This document shows positions 20,115-30,234 of a stretch of DNA of 64,000 nucleotides, piece by piece. Where the stretch lies: positions 288,001 through 352,000 of the forward strand of contig CAWFJP010000003.1 in NCBI GenBank assembly GCA_963816145.1, given 5' to 3'. The notes beneath the pieces were generated by a model that did no database searches, was not told the DNA's origin, and saw only the letters and a list, made by a program, of their open reading frames with translations. Every line of letters starts with the position of its first letter. The stretch's first letter is position 1. The translations under genes and the position numbers were made by a program. Origin of the DNA: an uncultured delta proteobacterium (GTDB lineage Bacteria > Desulfobacterota > Binatia > UBA9968).

Positions 20115-21137
20115 TTATTTGGCGTAGAAGATATCGCGAAACGTGCCGCTCATCAGTTTCTTGAATTCATCCTCGCTGGGATTTTCCATGAACACCATCT
20201 TGGGCGCGACCTTGTCGGCGTCTTTGATCGGCGGGTAAACTCCAGGGGCAAGCACAAACTCGCCATCTTCGGCGATTTCCTTCTGACCTTCTGCGCTACA
20301 GGCAAAGTCGATATACAGCTTGGCCGCATTGGCGCGCGTCGATTTTGCGCTCAGACTCAAATAGTTGGGATCGGTTAAGTATCTATCCATCGGGACAAAA
20401 TCAACTGGACCCTTGTACTGTTTGATATACTTAATATAGGTGATGCCCACGGGCGCTTCACCTTTGATGATAGTGGTAGTTACCGGAGCTAGGGAATCGA
20501 CCAGGACAGGATTTTGCTTCGCCAGAGCTTTAACGTAATCCAGCCATTTGTCGCCCTTGAACTCTTTGCGGCGCAGATTCCAAAGAAATTGCGCGGTGGT
20601 GGTGTGGCGCGTGGGATCGGGGATGGAAATTTTCCCGCTCCACTTTGGGTTCAATAGGTCATCCAAAGTCTTCGGCAGGTCCGTCGTCTTAACCATTTCC
20701 GTGTTGTAGAGGATACTGATCGGCAACACCCGCCAGGGTGTAATCAGATTGTCTTTCTCTTTGAACCGAGCGGGAAATTTTTCCGACGCCGGCGGAATGT
20801 ATTTGGCGAACAGCCCGTCGTCCTTCATGATCAACTGTACGCCGCGGTTTCCCTCAACCACATCGTAACCTGGCTTGCCGGCGCGCCATTCGGTGAGCGC
20901 GCGCTCGGACACCTGCGTCGAGGAACCGCGCCAGTATTCGACCTCGATGCCGTATTTCTTTTTGAATGCTTGGTGCAGACCCTCCATGGACTGCGGTGGA
21001 ACCGAGCCGTAAACAACAACTTTACCTTCCTTCTTGGCGGCCTCCAGGTTGGCTTGTTGCGCTAAAAGCGGCGCCGCATTGCTAACCAGCGCGACCCATG
21101 CAGCGAATAGAGCTAGATAAGTTCTAGTATGTTTCAT
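20115..21137 (-). CDS. Extracellular solute-binding protein, Fe3+/polyamine-type ABC family
   Basis: Signal peptide, EAAKKEGKVVVYGS, DLLNPKWSGKI.IPDP, NAAKL.IDF..S.EGQ. Confidence 0.88.
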   Translation of the reverse strand: MKHTRTYLALFAAWVALVSNAAPLLAQQANLEAAKKEGKVVVYGSVPPQSMEGLHQAFKKKYGIEVEYWRGSSTQVSERALTEWRAGKPGYDVVEGNRGVQLIMKDDGLFAKYIPPASEKFPARFKEKDNLITPWRVLPISILYNTEMVKTTDLPKTLDDLLNPKWSGKISIPDPTRHTTTAQFLWNLRRKEFKGDKWLDYVKALAKQNPVLVDSLAPVTTTIIKGEAPVGITYIKYIKQYKGPVDFVPMDRYLTDPNYLSLSAKSTRANAAKLYIDFACSAEGQKEIAEDGEFVLAPGVYPPIKDADKVAPKMVFMENPSEDEFKKLMSGTFRDIFYAK

Positions 21138-21220
21138 TAAAGCCTCCAGCAAGATGGCCCAAAAAGTACCGATGCGTCCGGATTAAGTCAAGTATGTCTG
21201 TTATATCCTCCATGCTGTTG

Positions 21221-22357
21221 TTACTTGGCAACAAACAGCTGGCGGAAATCGCTGAGCAGTTTTTGCAACTGCTCACTGCTGGGATCTTCCAGCAGTTGCA
21301 TGTTTGCCATGATCCGGTCGGCCCCTTTGATCGCCGGATAGACGCCCGGCGACAAGACGAACTCATGGGTCTCGGCTACTTTCTTCTGGCCCTCGGGAGA
21401 ACAGAGGTAGTCGATCAAGAAGCGCGCGGCGTTGGGATTCACCGCCTTGGCGCTGATCGCCGCATCGCTGGGATCGGCAAAAACCTGATCGATCGGCGCG
21501 AAGCCGATCGGCCCCTTGGTTTGCGGCACATACTGAATATAGGAAATCCCCAGCGCAGCTTCGCCGCGAACGATGGCGCTGGGCACCGATGAATAGGACT
21601 CGACTAGCTGCGGCCTTTGCTTTGCGAGCGCGCGCACAAAATCCAACCACTTGTCGCCTTTAATCTTTTGCAGATTCCACAAAAAGGTCGCGGTACTAGC
21701 ATGGCGCGAAGGATCGGGCATGCTGATCTTGCCTTGCCATTTGGGGTCCAACAGGTCGTCCAGACTCTTTGGCACATCGGCAGGCTTAACCAGTTCGGTG
21801 TTGATCAGGATACCCACCGGCGTAATGCGCCACGCAGTCAACTGTCCGTCCTTGTCGCGAAATTTGGCCGGGAAATTCGCCGCGCTGGCAGGCGTAAACT
21901 TGGCATAAACGCCATCGGCCTTCGCCAGCGACAACGGGCCGCGCGCGCCGAGCGCCATGTCGAAGCCGGGCTTGCCGGCGCGCCATTCGGTCAACATGCG
22001 GTCCACCACCTTGGTCGCATCGCCGCGCCAGTACTCGATGTTGACGCCATACTTGGCCTCAAAGCCGGCCTCGATCAATTTCATCACCTGCGGAACAATC
22101 GTGCCGTAGACAAAGACTTTGCCTTCCTTCTTCGCCGCCTCAAGACTGACACTCTGGGCGGACGCTTGCGACCATAGTGCGACAAGTAGCAATAGCGGAA
22201 CCAGCAACACGATCTGCGTCTGTGAAGTCGGACTAACAAAAATTCGCCCCGGTCCCCTCTTTTTCAAAGAGGGGTAACTCTTGCACGCATCTAACTTCCC
22301 CCTTTGAAAAAGGGGGATCGAGGGGGATTTTCCACTACGCGCAGTGACGTTCTTCAT
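21221..22357 (-). CDS. Extracellular solute-binding protein, Fe3+/polyamine-type ABC family; N-region contains a translated palindromic repeat
   Basis: GAGG RBS before ATG 22357; EAAKKEGKV, DLLDPKWQGKI, PNAARFLIDY. Confidence 0.85.
   Translation of the reverse strand: MKNVTARSGKSPSIPLFQRGKLDACKSYPSLKKRGPGRIFVSPTSQTQIVLLVPLLLLVALWSQASAQSVSLEAAKKEGKVFVYGTIVPQVMKLIEAGFEAKYGVNIEYWRGDATKVVDRMLTEWRAGKPGFDMALGARGPLSLAKADGVYAKFTPASAANFPAKFRDKDGQLTAWRITPVGILINTELVKPADVPKSLDDLLDPKWQGKISMPDPSRHASTATFLWNLQKIKGDKWLDFVRALAKQRPQLVESYSSVPSAIVRGEAALGISYIQYVPQTKGPIGFAPIDQVFADPSDAAISAKAVNPNAARFLIDYLCSPEGQKKVAETHEFVLSPGVYPAIKGADRIMANMQLLEDPSSEQLQKLLSDFRQLFVAK
22238..22331. repeat. CCCCCTTTGAAAAAGGGGG-type paired palindrome (copy 1, intragenic)
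   Basis: cccctctttttcaaagagggg ... ccccctttgaaaaagggggatcgagggggattt; second copy at 55595..55692. Confidence 0.78.
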
Positions 22358-22418
22358 AAGTGCCTCATGTTCAATCAGGTTTTAGACGATTATTTTCAAA
22401 AAATCGGTTGCGGATCGG

Positions 22419-23402
22419 CTACCCGACAATCTCGCGCACCATCCGCACCACGCGTTTCCGCGCCTCTTGAGTACCGGTTGGCAGAACGATCGGCAAATCA
22501 AGTCCGCCCTTGGTGAAGGCTTCGATCTGCTTTGCACAATCGCCCGGCGTGCCGGCCACCGAGTGAGCGAAGACCACTTCATCGCTGATAAACTTCTTGG
22601 CCGATTCCCAATCACGTTTGCCCACTGCCGCAGCCAACCCCTCCTGATCGACCGTGCCGCCACCAAGCCGAATATTCTCGGCGTGATGAACATTGCGGAA
22701 AATATACGCTAGAAAATGCTTATTGGCTTCGATCGCCTCTTTGGCGCTGTCCGATACCGCCGCCGTGACAAAGCCGGCGACATCGACATCCATGGACGAT
22801 TTACCGCTCTTCTGCGCGCCGGAACCGATGTTATCGGCGCACTTGCGGATGTAAGCGGGAGCGCATCCCGCCGAAAGCAAGACCCCGTCGCCGATCTCAC
22901 CGCCCAATTGGAGCATGCGCGAGCGCACCGCGGTGACATACATTTTGATCGGCGCCGCCGGCGCGAAACCCATCTTGGCGCCGTTGATGTGAAATATTTT
23001 GCCGTGAAAGTTGACCGTGTCGCCTTTCAAATAGCGCCGCAAAATCTCGACATACTCGCGCATGGTTTGCAGCGGATGCGGCGACTCCATGCCGGCTTCT
23101 TTGAGCGCCGCGGCGTTGCCCGTGCCGGGGCTGCCGATGACCCGGCCCGGCGCAAATTCGTCCATGGTCGCGAGCGCCATCGCCGTGATAATCGGATTAC
23201 GCGAATAGGGACTCGCCGGCGCCGCTGCAACCTTGATCTTCTTAGTCGAAGCGAGCAACGCCATCGACGTAGTCATGGAATCGCGAAAACAGAGATGGTC
23301 CGACATCCAGATCGAATCCATGCCGATATCGTCAGCCAATTGCGCCAGTTCAATCATTTCCTGAATCGAATAAAATCCGTCAAAGCAAAGTCCTACGCGC
23401 AT
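22419..23402 (-). CDS. LLM-class oxidoreductase (Mer-like)
   Basis: DSIWMSDH, PYSRNP...AMA.AT.DE.APGR, GEIGDGVLL. Confidence 0.88.
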   Translation of the reverse strand: MRVGLCFDGFYSIQEMIELAQLADDIGMDSIWMSDHLCFRDSMTTSMALLASTKKIKVAAAPASPYSRNPIITAMALATMDEFAPGRVIGSPGTGNAAALKEAGMESPHPLQTMREYVEILRRYLKGDTVNFHGKIFHINGAKMGFAPAAPIKMYVTAVRSRMLQLGGEIGDGVLLSAGCAPAYIRKCADNIGSGAQKSGKSSMDVDVAGFVTAAVSDSAKEAIEANKHFLAYIFRNVHHAENIRLGGGTVDQEGLAAAVGKRDWESAKKFISDEVVFAHSVAGTPGDCAKQIEAFTKGGLDLPIVLPTGTQEARKRVVRMVREIVG

Positions 23403-23411
23403 AGAAATCTC

Positions 23412-24518
23412 CTAAAAACCATCGGCAAGAATAGCCGGCAAACGTTCGGCCGACACTTTGTCCAACCCCATCTTAGCCAGAGTCAAACCCTCGGAGCGAA
23501 AATCGATCCCGAGCGCCGTCGACGCCAGAGTGATCAGAGCGTCCATCATCGGCGACTTGACGTCCAGCAGTTTACCGACCTCCGCCATTGGCACCAGTCC
23601 GTAGCCGACATCTTCGCGGATGTAACGATGATCGAGCGACGGCGGCGCTTTGATGGTAAAGTTGGGTCCGCTGTTGCGAATCGCTTGGTACGCCGAACCC
23701 GTATCGCGCGCTTCGGCGGTGGTCAAACCAGCCTGGTGAAAAATATCGACAAAGCGCTGTGGTGGTAAGCCAAGCCGCCGAACGATTTCCAGCCGTTCCT
23801 GATCGACGGCATCGATCCAGGCGCCGATCGCCGGCGTGATACCCTCGCGGTAATAGAGAAAATCACCGCCGCTCTTCTCGATCCAGCCGGCGTTGCCGAG
23901 CATCCCCGCCGGATGCATGATCGCGTTGATGTTGGCAAAGCCGGTTTCCATGACGTTCGCGGCCGGGACGACATTGGGGAAGACATCTTGAATTTCCGGC
24001 ACCAGAGTCGCCGTGAGTTTGCCGGGAAATGCGGCGCAGCGCAGGTTTGTCGTGCGGCGGTAAACTTCCACCCGGCCGAATTGCGGCATGCGGCAAATGT
24101 AGGTGAGCGTCACCGTTTCGCACAGCTTGACCTGAGCCTTGCACCCTGCCTGGCGTAAAGCGTTGGCGAAGTGCATCGCACCGCCGGTGTGGCCGGGATT
24201 GAGTAAGATCCTTTGACCATCGGTCAAATAGTTGGCAATCCCCTGCGCCAAGTATTCATGGCCCACCGCCGGCGTCGTCACCACGATCAGATCGACTCCC
24301 TGCACCACCGGCGGCAAATGCGGGCTCAAAAAAAACGGCGCAGCCTTTTTACTGACTCCGCCCTCGATCAACTCGATCTCGCCGATCTTGCCGAGTTTGA
24401 CTGTAGTACTCTCGGATCGCGAGAATAAGCGGACCTCAAAACCGCGAAGGGTCAGATCGGCCGCAGCCGCGCAGCCGCCGTTGCCGGCACCGAGGATCGC
24501 GATTTTGTGGATGGTCAT
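23412..24518 (-). CDS. NAD/NADP octopine/nopaline (opine) dehydrogenase family protein
   Basis: ILGAGNGG, NPGHTGGA, ET.TL.Y.CR, N.NAIMHP, HRYIREDVGYGLVP. Confidence 0.9.
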   Translation of the reverse strand: MTIHKIAILGAGNGGCAAAADLTLRGFEVRLFSRSESTTVKLGKIGEIELIEGGVSKKAAPFFLSPHLPPVVQGVDLIVVTTPAVGHEYLAQGIANYLTDGQRILLNPGHTGGAMHFANALRQAGCKAQVKLCETVTLTYICRMPQFGRVEVYRRTTNLRCAAFPGKLTATLVPEIQDVFPNVVPAANVMETGFANINAIMHPAGMLGNAGWIEKSGGDFLYYREGITPAIGAWIDAVDQERLEIVRRLGLPPQRFVDIFHQAGLTTAEARDTGSAYQAIRNSGPNFTIKAPPSLDHRYIREDVGYGLVPMAEVGKLLDVKSPMMDALITLASTALGIDFRSEGLTLAKMGLDKVSAERLPAILADGF

Positions 24519-24554
24519 GGAGTTAACTCATTTGCAAACTGACCTGCGGCGCAT

Positions 24555-24604
24555 CCCCCTCCTCTTTCCTCCCCCGCGACGCGGGGGAGGATGAAGGTGG
24601 GGGG
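24555..24604. repeat. CCTCCCCCGC-N-GCGGGGGAGG palindrome (copy 1)
   Basis: Near-identical copy at 50244..50291 (cctcccccgc...gcgggggaggatgaaggtggggg). Confidence 0.75.
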
Positions 24605-24623
24605 ATGAACCGTTTGAACGCGT

Positions 24624-25778
24624 CTAATCGATCCGATAATGCTTGATTTTATCCTCGTCAAGCTCGATCCCCAGTCCCGGCTTCGATGACACGATGACAT
24701 CGCCGTCTCTATATTCGAACGCTTCGGTGATGATATCGTCCTGATAGTAAATACCGGCGATACCGCTCTTGCCTTTGCCTTTGGGCGTCGACACCGGCAC
24801 GACGCAGCCGTAGGTCACTACGCCGGTCGAGGCCGCAAGGTGAATGTTGGCGGCGTTGCCGACGCCGGTTTCCACCGAGCCGTTGACGTTGCATTTGAGT
24901 CCGGCCGCCTCGGCCACGGCAGCAACTTTTTTGCCCTTGAACATGCCGCCCGGCTTGGTCGTATAGATCGAAATCACATCCGCGGCTTTCTTCTGAATGA
25001 TCTCGATGACATCCTGTGCGGTCCAGGCGCTTTCGTCGGCCATGATCGGCGTATCGACCCGCCGCGTCACTTCGGCCATCTGGTCGATACCTTCAACCGG
25101 CTGCTCCATGTAAAGCAGATTGAATTCTTCCATGGCCTTGGTGATCTTCACCGCGGCCTTCGCAGTCGGATAGCCTTGATTGGCATCGACGCAGATATTC
25201 AAATCGGCACCGATGGCATTGCGGATCTGTTTGACCAACTCCAGGTCGCGCTTTTGTTCGACACCGCCTTTGAGTTTGATCGTCTTCACGCCTTCGGATT
25301 TCGCCTGCAGCGCTTCGTCCACGGCTTTTTCAATTTCCATCAAACCCAAACTATGGGCGATGGGGATCCGGTCGCGGAAAAGACCGCCGAGCAGTTGATA
25401 CGCGGGCACTTTAAGCGCTTTACCGACGACGTCGTAGAGCGCCGCATCGATGGCGGCTTTGCAGTACGGATAACCTTTTACCGCTTTGTCCATCAAGGCG
25501 TGAATCGATTCGAAGCGGCCGGGATCCTGGCCTGCCAATACCGGCGAGAGTATGTCGTTGATGATATGCGCGGTTGTCTGCGGCGTCTCGCCGAAATACT
25601 TTCCGTGATCGCCGCCCCAGTCTTTCAGCACCGGCGCTTCGCCAAGGCCGATCAATCCGTCATCGGTGTAAAGCTTGATGATGACGTAAACGCCGATGGG
25701 CGTCGTAAGACTTGCCCACTGGTGCACGCGCCGGGTCGGCAAGCGGATGGGAATAGTTTCAATTCTGGTAATCTTCAT
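24624..25778 (-). CDS. Enolase superfamily, muconate cycloisomerase/dipeptide epimerase-like
   Basis: KLK, DANQG, EQP, ADES motifs; GLGIE.DE C-terminus. Confidence 0.9.
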   Translation of the reverse strand: MKITRIETIPIRLPTRRVHQWASLTTPIGVYVIIKLYTDDGLIGLGEAPVLKDWGGDHGKYFGETPQTTAHIINDILSPVLAGQDPGRFESIHALMDKAVKGYPYCKAAIDAALYDVVGKALKVPAYQLLGGLFRDRIPIAHSLGLMEIEKAVDEALQAKSEGVKTIKLKGGVEQKRDLELVKQIRNAIGADLNICVDANQGYPTAKAAVKITKAMEEFNLLYMEQPVEGIDQMAEVTRRVDTPIMADESAWTAQDVIEIIQKKAADVISIYTTKPGGMFKGKKVAAVAEAAGLKCNVNGSVETGVGNAANIHLAASTGVVTYGCVVPVSTPKGKGKSGIAGIYYQDDIITEAFEYRDGDVIVSSKPGLGIELDEDKIKHYRID

Positions 25779-25860
25779 TTGGAATAACAACCTCAGCAAC
25801 GTTCACGACAGCTAGCCTGCACAAGGCAGGATTACAGCCCGCATCGTGCGCCGAATCTTG

Positions 25861-26040
25861 CCTCCTCTCCCTCGACGGGAGAGGATTGAGGTGAGGGTGC
25901 AAGAATCTTTCAATACCCCTCACTCTAACTCTCTCCCGCTTCAGACTGTGTCACAACTGTCATTTCGAGGTGAAGCCGAGAAATCTCTTCTTCGTATGTG
26001 GCTGAAAACACGAGATCCCTCGCTGCGCTCGGGATGACAG
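25861..26040. repeat. Composite repeat: CCTCTCCC..GGGAGAGG pair plus CTGTCAT..CGAG..ATCTC pair
   Basis: cctctccctcgacgggagaggattgaggtgaggg / ccctcactctaactctctccc, then ctgtcatttcgaggtgaagccgagaaatctc / gagatccctcgctgcgctcgggatgacag. Confidence 0.72.
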
Positions 26041-26121
26041 ATGTGGGGCATTTGCTCATTACGACACAGCCTCCAAGGGGAGAGAGAACCTGAAGCACTG
26101 CGGAAACCAAAAGCCGATGCA

Positions 26122-27234
26122 TTAACCAACTCTCAACAGCGTATCCGTCGGCGTCACATCGGACAGCAGCTCGCAGCCCTTCTCCGTCACACAGAACATG
26201 TCCTTGTTCTGCATGCCGAAACGCCCGGGAATATAAACCAACGGTTCGAACGCGCCGACCATCCCGGCTTCGACGATCTCATTGCCGTAGCGCCCCATGT
26301 ACGGCTCTTCATGGAGATGAAGTCCGATGCCATGGGCAACAAAGCTGATCGGCGCGAAGCCAAGTTGGCTGAATTTCTCGAGAAACTTGCGATAGATCTC
26401 CGGACAGCTCGCCCCCGGTTTGATCAAGTCCATGACCAGATACTTGCACTCGATCAAGTTGGACCAGATCTTGTACTGCTCCGGCGTCGCGTCGCCGACC
26501 ACGGCGGTGCGGCAGACACCGGTGAGATAGCCGCTTTTCTGGCCGAAAATCTCCATGCGAATGATATCGCTTTGTTTTAACTTGCGCTCGCTCGGTCCAA
26601 CGTTGGGAAACTCGCTACGCTCGCCGCTGGCGATGATCATCAATTTGTAACTGTCAGCGCCGCCGGCAAACAACGTTGTCAGCAAGGTGCCCGCCAGTTC
26701 CATCTCGCTCATGCCGATCTTGGCCGATTGCAGCGCCGTACCGATGGCATTGTCGGTGAGTTTGCTGAGCGAGCGAAGCAAGGCGAGTTCGTTTGCCGTC
26801 TTGATCTGCCGCGCCTTATTGAAAATTCCGTCCGCCGCTAGCCAGTTCACACTCGGCAAGTTTCTTTGCAGCGTCGCGAAGTCCTTCGCCGGCAGGAACT
26901 CCATCTCGATGGCAATTTTGGCGCGATCAAGTTTTAAATCCTTCAGCGCCTCGGCCAGCTTCTCCATCGGATCGTCGCTGAACTCGCGATAGATACGCAG
27001 GTCGTCGACGCCGGCGTGGGCCTTAACGGTCGTCGCTTCCATGTCGATGGCGACCATCGAAATCCGGCCATCCGCGGTCACGATGCAAGCTGCATGACGC
27101 CAGCGCATCAGCGACTGGGACGGCACGACGAAGCCGGAAACGTAGGTAACGTTTTCCGGCGAGATCGCGATGATGGCGTCGAGGCCTTCGTTGACGAAGC
27201 GATTTCTAAGCCGGGAAATGATTTCTTGATCCAT
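26122..27234 (-). CDS. Xaa-Pro peptidase (M24) family protein
   Basis: SPENVTYVSG creatinase-N domain, ARQIKT..E, HGIGL.LHE.P, FEP; several metal ligands divergent. Confidence 0.85.
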   Translation of the reverse strand: MDQEIISRLRNRFVNEGLDAIIAISPENVTYVSGFVVPSQSLMRWRHAACIVTADGRISMVAIDMEATTVKAHAGVDDLRIYREFSDDPMEKLAEALKDLKLDRAKIAIEMEFLPAKDFATLQRNLPSVNWLAADGIFNKARQIKTANELALLRSLSKLTDNAIGTALQSAKIGMSEMELAGTLLTTLFAGGADSYKLMIIASGERSEFPNVGPSERKLKQSDIIRMEIFGQKSGYLTGVCRTAVVGDATPEQYKIWSNLIECKYLVMDLIKPGASCPEIYRKFLEKFSQLGFAPISFVAHGIGLHLHEEPYMGRYGNEIVEAGMVGAFEPLVYIPGRFGMQNKDMFCVTEKGCELLSDVTPTDTLLRVG

Positions 27235-27298
27235 AGTGAATGCTTCGGAGAATATCGGCTGGTTAGTGGACGGTCAAGGGAAACCGTCTAGGGGATCA

Positions 27299-28290
27299 TC
27301 ACTTCGTCGGTGAAGTTACAGCACCGTTTTGCCGAGACAATTTTATCTCCACCGGCGGGCTCCCTGCCTCATCAAAGAATTTGATCAATAGATTGTCACC
27401 GCTGAGCCGACCCTCGTAGCGATTCGTCCCTAACCTGGTGCCGTCGCCGGAGGTCTCTTCGAATCTCACCTTGAAGGTAATCGTCTCGCCGATGATCCGA
27501 CCCTCCTCGATGCCGCGCTTGATGCCGATGAAGGATGCCGTGCCGAAGAGTGTGTTTCCTTCCGGAGTAAAGAAAAACTCTTCTTGATACTTGGCGCCCC
27601 ATGGATACGTCACGTCACCGCGCCAGCGGCCGGCCAGCGTTGCGGCCAGGGTATCGTTGCTGCTTGGCGGACTGGGAGCGGGAGTATTCCCCGCCTGCTG
27701 GCGCCACTGCCACCAGACGGCAAAGCTGACGAGCAGAATGATCAACGGGATCTTCCACACCAGCCGCCGGCGCAAGCGCTGGCGCATCTCTGACTTCCAA
27801 TCGTCACCCGCTTGCGGGACTTGTTTGCGCAGACCTGGCAGCGCTGCAAGCGTTTTGATCAGCTTGGCGACCCCACTTTGAAAATCTTGATCGCTAATCG
27901 TCACCGCATTGCGCTGCGCCAAGGGCTTTAAATCGCTGCGCAGATCCGCGGCTTTGGGCATGCTCGCGCCCTCGACCAGCACTGGGATCACGAGGATTCC
28001 TCGCTGCAATGCTAACGCGACTTCGCGGCTGACCAGATCGTCGGGATCGCTAAGCCGTAACTGCCCCTCGGCGTTGCGTGCCGTGAGCCACTGTTTGCCG
28101 ATCACCGCGAGCAGCGCATCGCATCCGCCAATCTTAGCCCCGATATGGGCGCTGAAGTCAGCCCCAGGCGGGATATCATCGACATCCATGAAGACTTGGT
28201 CGGCGCCGAACTCCGCGCCCAGCCGGTCGCATAGCGACCGGCAGAGGGCGCGCTGTCATCGCGCCGATAACTGATGAAGATGCCGGACAT
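27299..28290 (-). CDS. TIR-domain protein with TM helix and C-terminal beta-rich domain, one frameshift (~28232)
   Basis: MSGIFISYRRDDS (ATG 28290) joins FMDVDDIPPG.DF...IGKQWL...DDLVSREV..AL....IPVLV; TM WKIPLIILLVSFAVWWQW. Confidence 0.85.
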
Positions 28291-28310
28291 GGATGCTGTT
28301 AATTTACGAG

Positions 28311-30046
28311 TCATCGGCGACCGCGCCGTGACTGCCGCAATTTTTCCGTTGCGCCTAGGTCGACAGCCGGTGCGGACTCCTGGATCACGACGCCATAGTC
28401 ATCGCGCGCCCCTCGGAGCGAAACATAGCCGTCCAACACATCGCCCAACACGGCGTCGGGATCGCGCGCTAACGGATCGCCGTAACCGCCGCCGGCGTTC
28501 ATGTTGACCTGCACGGTGTCGCCCGGCTTGAGCGCAGCTTCGCGAATGGTTTCGTCGAGCTCATTGCCGTTTACGGCATAGAAGCCCGTGCGCGCGGCCT
28601 GACCGCCGAGGACGCCCCAGGGCGGACACTTGCTGCGCATGTCGCCTTTGCCGCGCACCCGCACCGCGGCGTCGTCGAGCAACTGATATTCGCGAATGCA
28701 GCCGAGCCCGCCGCGGAACTTGCCCGGCCCGCCGGAGTCCGTGCGTACATCGAAACGGGTCACGCGCATGGGAAATTCGGTCTCGTGAATTTCAATCGGG
28801 CCGGGACGGAATTGGCCGACACCGAGGGTGCCGTGGATCAGCGAGATGCCGTCTTGTTTGCTGCTCGCGCCAAGCGCGGTGTCGAGCAGTTCCATAAACA
28901 CCCAGGGCTTGCCGCTCTTGCCGCCGGAGCTGGCAATGCGCACGCCGCCCCCGCCGCCGGATGAACCGACCGCCCGTGCGGGAGTGAATTTGCCGAGCGC
29001 GTTAAGCACGACATCAGCAGTGAGATAGGCCAGGGGTACGTAATAAGACACCGGCGCGCCGAAGCGCGGACAGACCACCGTCCCCAGTTTGAATTTTGTC
29101 TGCACCACGTCGACGAAGCCATGATTGAAAGGCAAGCTCGCGTCGGTCATCGCCATCAGGCCAAAGTAGCAAGTGTTCTTGATCAACGCCGAAGTGACGT
29201 TGACCGGGCCTCGCGCCTGTTCATCCGAAGCGCTAAAGTCGAAAAGAATCTCCCGGCCCTTTTTCGTCACGGCGACATGAACGCGGCGCTGGCGCTCGTA
29301 GCCAATGCCGTCGTGATCGAGAAAGCCTTCGGCTTCTTGAGTACCATCCGGCATGGCGTCGAGGGCGTCGCGCAACTGTGCGGCGACGCGCGCCATCAAC
29401 TCGCCGCAGCCGTCGCGCACGGTCTCGATCGCCGAATCGCTCACATAGCTCCTGCACCCGCTCGGCGCCAACCCGGCACGCCGCCACTTGGCCGCGCAGA
29501 TCGCCCAGTGTTTCCACGGGAATGCGGCTGTTGGCCGCGATGAAGCGTTCGATCTCGGGATTTACTTTGCCGCGCACGTAGAGTTTGCGTCGGCGGGATC
29601 ACCAATCCCTCCTCCCAAATATCTTGAGGCACATGGGCCTGGCGCGGCCCGCCGAGGTCGGCCTTGTGCGCCAGAGTCGCGGTGAACGCAACGAGCTGCC
29701 CCTGGGCGAACACCGGCATCAGCACCACCGTGTCGTTGGGATGGGTCACGTTGCCGGCATAGGGATGGTTGAAGACGATGACATCGCCGTCTTCGAAGTC
29801 ATCCATCTGGTAATATTCGCCCAGATGATCAGCCACTGCCGCGAACGACCCGAAATGGAGCGGCAGCTTTTTCGACACCGACACCGTGCGCAGGCGCGCG
29901 TCGAGCAGGCCGGCGCTGCCGTCTTCGGATTCGCGCAACACCGTCGAGTATCCGCTGTGAAACAACACGATGCGCATCTCTTCGATGACGCTGGTCACTT
30001 TCGAGTGGATCAATTCCAATGTAATCGGATCGAGTTTAGCCATCAT
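28311..30046 (-). CDS. Hydantoinase B/oxoprolinase family, two frameshifts (~29590, ~29435)
   Basis: DPITLE, YSTVLRES.D, HKADLGG, EEGLVIPP, DSGGPGKFRGGLG, GGGYGDP. Confidence 0.85.
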
Positions 30047-30106
30047 GTGTTCTCCGCATGCCTGTTGAGTGAGTGGCTTATTGATCAAAATTACCAAGCT
30101 TTCACA

Positions 30107-30195
30107 TCCGTCATTCCGGCGGAAGCCGGAATCCATCTTCTGATTGAGCATTTAAAAATTATCGGATGGATACCGGCTTTCGCCGGTATGACGGA
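30107..30195. repeat. ~80-bp paired palindromic element (copy 4)
   Basis: tccgtcattccggcggaagccggaatccatc ... gatggataccggctttcgccggtatgacgga. Confidence 0.85.
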
Positions 30196-30234
30196 AAAGA
30201 ACCGACGCCGTTTCACCCTTGCTTGTGGAAGGAA

